Assembly (NCBI GenBank): GCA_016235455.1
Contig: JACRKZ010000136.1
Coordinates: forward strand, 1-59,032
Reading direction: 5' to 3'
Length of the DNA stretch: 59,032 nucleotides
DNA from: Armatimonadota bacterium
Lineage (GTDB): Bacteria > Armatimonadota > UBA10988
The position numbers and the translations under genes were made by a program. The notes under the pieces were generated by a model. The model saw nothing but the letters and a program-made list of their open reading frames with translations, had not been told where the DNA came from and made no database searches. Shown here piece after piece: positions 57,797-59,032 of the stretch (the first letter of the stretch is position 1; every line of letters starts with the position of its first letter).

Positions 57797-58699
57797 CTAA
57801 GCCATCTTGTCGAACAGGGTCGGCTGGACCACCTTGGCGGCGGCCGAGAGCGCGGCCTGGTGGCGGGCCTGGTTGTTCTGCAAGTCCACGATGGTCTGCA
57901 CCATGTCCGCGTCCTCGACTTTGGAGAGCGACGCGGCGGTCTCCACCGAGGCGCTGGCCAGCGTATCGACGGTACGTGTCAGGCTGGCGGCGGCGGCACC
58001 GACCTTGGAGGTCATGGTGCTGATGTTGTCCGAGGCGTCGTCGAGCGCCTGCGCCACCGTGGTCGAGAGTACCTGCACGTTGCCCGTCTTGGCTGCGTCG
58101 CGGAAGGCGATGAGCGCGGCGAAGGCATCGCCCGTGGCGCCGGTGGCGAAGGCCGTGCTGCCGGGGAGTGTGGTCCCGATGTTCACGCCGGTGGACGGCG
58201 AGACGGTCTGGATGCCGGTGTCGCCATTGTAGGTGACCGCGGTGGGGGGCGAGCCGGTGGCCACGAACGGTCGTGTGCCGGTCTTGTTACCCGCGAAGAT
58301 GTAGCGGCCGTTGACCTGGCGGTTGCCAACCGACAGCATCTCGTTGATCAGCTGGTCGGCTTCGGCCGTGATGGCCGCGAAGTCGGCGGCGCTGTGCGCG
58401 GAGCTGGCGCCCTCGATGGAGAGCTCCTTGGCGCGCTGCAGGATGCTGTTGGCATCACCGACCGCCAACTCGGCGGTGCGCAGCCGGTCCACGCCGCTCT
58501 GTAGCGACTCGGAGCTGTTGTTGTAGTCGCTCTGCTGGCGCTTGATGCGGAGCTGGGCCACGGCGGCGCCGGGATCGTCGGACGGCTTGAGCAACTTCAT
58601 GCCGGTGCCGCTCTGCTTGAGCAGTCGGGCGTTGTCGGCCGAGATGTCGTTCAGGTCCGTGAGTGCCATGCGGAACAGGGTTATGGTGGGCACGCGCAT
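57797..58699 (-). CDS. flgL: Flagellar hook-associated protein 3
   Basis: TG.KLLKPSDDP, GRYIFAG.KT...PF, EDADM, downstream of flgK. Confidence 0.92.
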   Translation of the reverse strand: MRVPTITLFRMALTDLNDISADNARLLKQSGTGMKLLKPSDDPGAAVAQLRIKRQQSDYNNSSESLQSGVDRLRTAELAVGDANSILQRAKELSIEGASSAHSAADFAAITAEADQLINEMLSVGNRQVNGRYIFAGNKTGTRPFVATGSPPTAVTYNGDTGIQTVSPSTGVNIGTTLPGSTAFATGATGDAFAALIAFRDAAKTGNVQVLSTTVAQALDDASDNISTMTSKVGAAAASLTRTVDTLASASVETAASLSKVEDADMVQTIVDLQNNQARHQAALSAAAKVVQPTLFDKMA

Positions 58700-58713
58700 C
58701 GCTGGTCTCCTGG

Positions 58714-59032
58714 CTACCGGCCGAGCGTCAGTACGGCGTCGGTCATGTCCTTGACGGTCTGCACCAACCGGCTGGAGGCGTTGTAGACCTGCTGGAACTG
58801 GATGAGGTTGGCCATCTCCTCGTCGAGCGACACGCCCCGCACCTCGTCCACGCGGTTCTTGAGTTCGCTGACGACGGAGTTGAGCGACGTCTGCTGACTG
58901 GTGGCGGTCAGCGTCTGGCCGCCGATGCCGCCAACGATGGACTGGTAGTAGTCGTCCCACGTTTGCCCGGCGATGTAGCCGGTCCGGCGCATGTTGAGCA
59001 TCGACTTGGTGATGCCGTTGTTTCCGGTGGTG
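58714..59032 (-). CDS. flgK: Flagellar hook-associated protein 1 (3' part; runs off the window end)
   Basis: GVSLDEEMANLIQFQQVYNASSR. Confidence 0.92.
   Translation of the reverse strand, partial: TTGNNGITKSMLNMRRTGYIAGQTWDDYYQSIVGGIGGQTLTATSQQTSLNSVVSELKNRVDEVRGVSLDEEMANLIQFQQVYNASSRLVQTVKDMTDAVLTLGR

Overview
High-GC bacterial chromosomal window from a diderm organism (it encodes a secretin). The gene content suggests Armatimonadota, but that is inference only. In order it holds: a sugar-acid catabolism fragment (FAD oxidoreductase, D-2-hydroxyacid dehydrogenase, HpcH aldolase); a five-gene secreted cluster ending in an AT-richer polymorphic-toxin-like gene and a HEAT-like partner; a tetraheme cytochrome c; Tat-exported Gfo/Idh/MocA and sulfatase; rplU-rpmA-obgE-proB-proA-argB; two PrsA/SurA-type foldases; a large FlgD-Ig-tailed exoprotein; an M48 peptidase; a 3xGAF HD-GYP protein; tatA; gmd-purE-purB; a pyrC-like gene; an enolase-superfamily enzyme; a Tad/Flp pilus locus with two GT-C-type membrane glycosyltransferase genes interleaved; and flgL/flgK. 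The most striking feature is 29837..32176(-), an intact 779-aa ORF that fuses a degenerate RNA polymerase alpha N-terminal domain to a miniaturised, apparently catalytically dead beta subunit. Other oddities are a lysine-less GcvH-PAS fusion, a CpaF ATPase with a duplicated N-terminal module, and two REP-like palindromes. All homology calls come from motifs recognised by eye, not from database searches.
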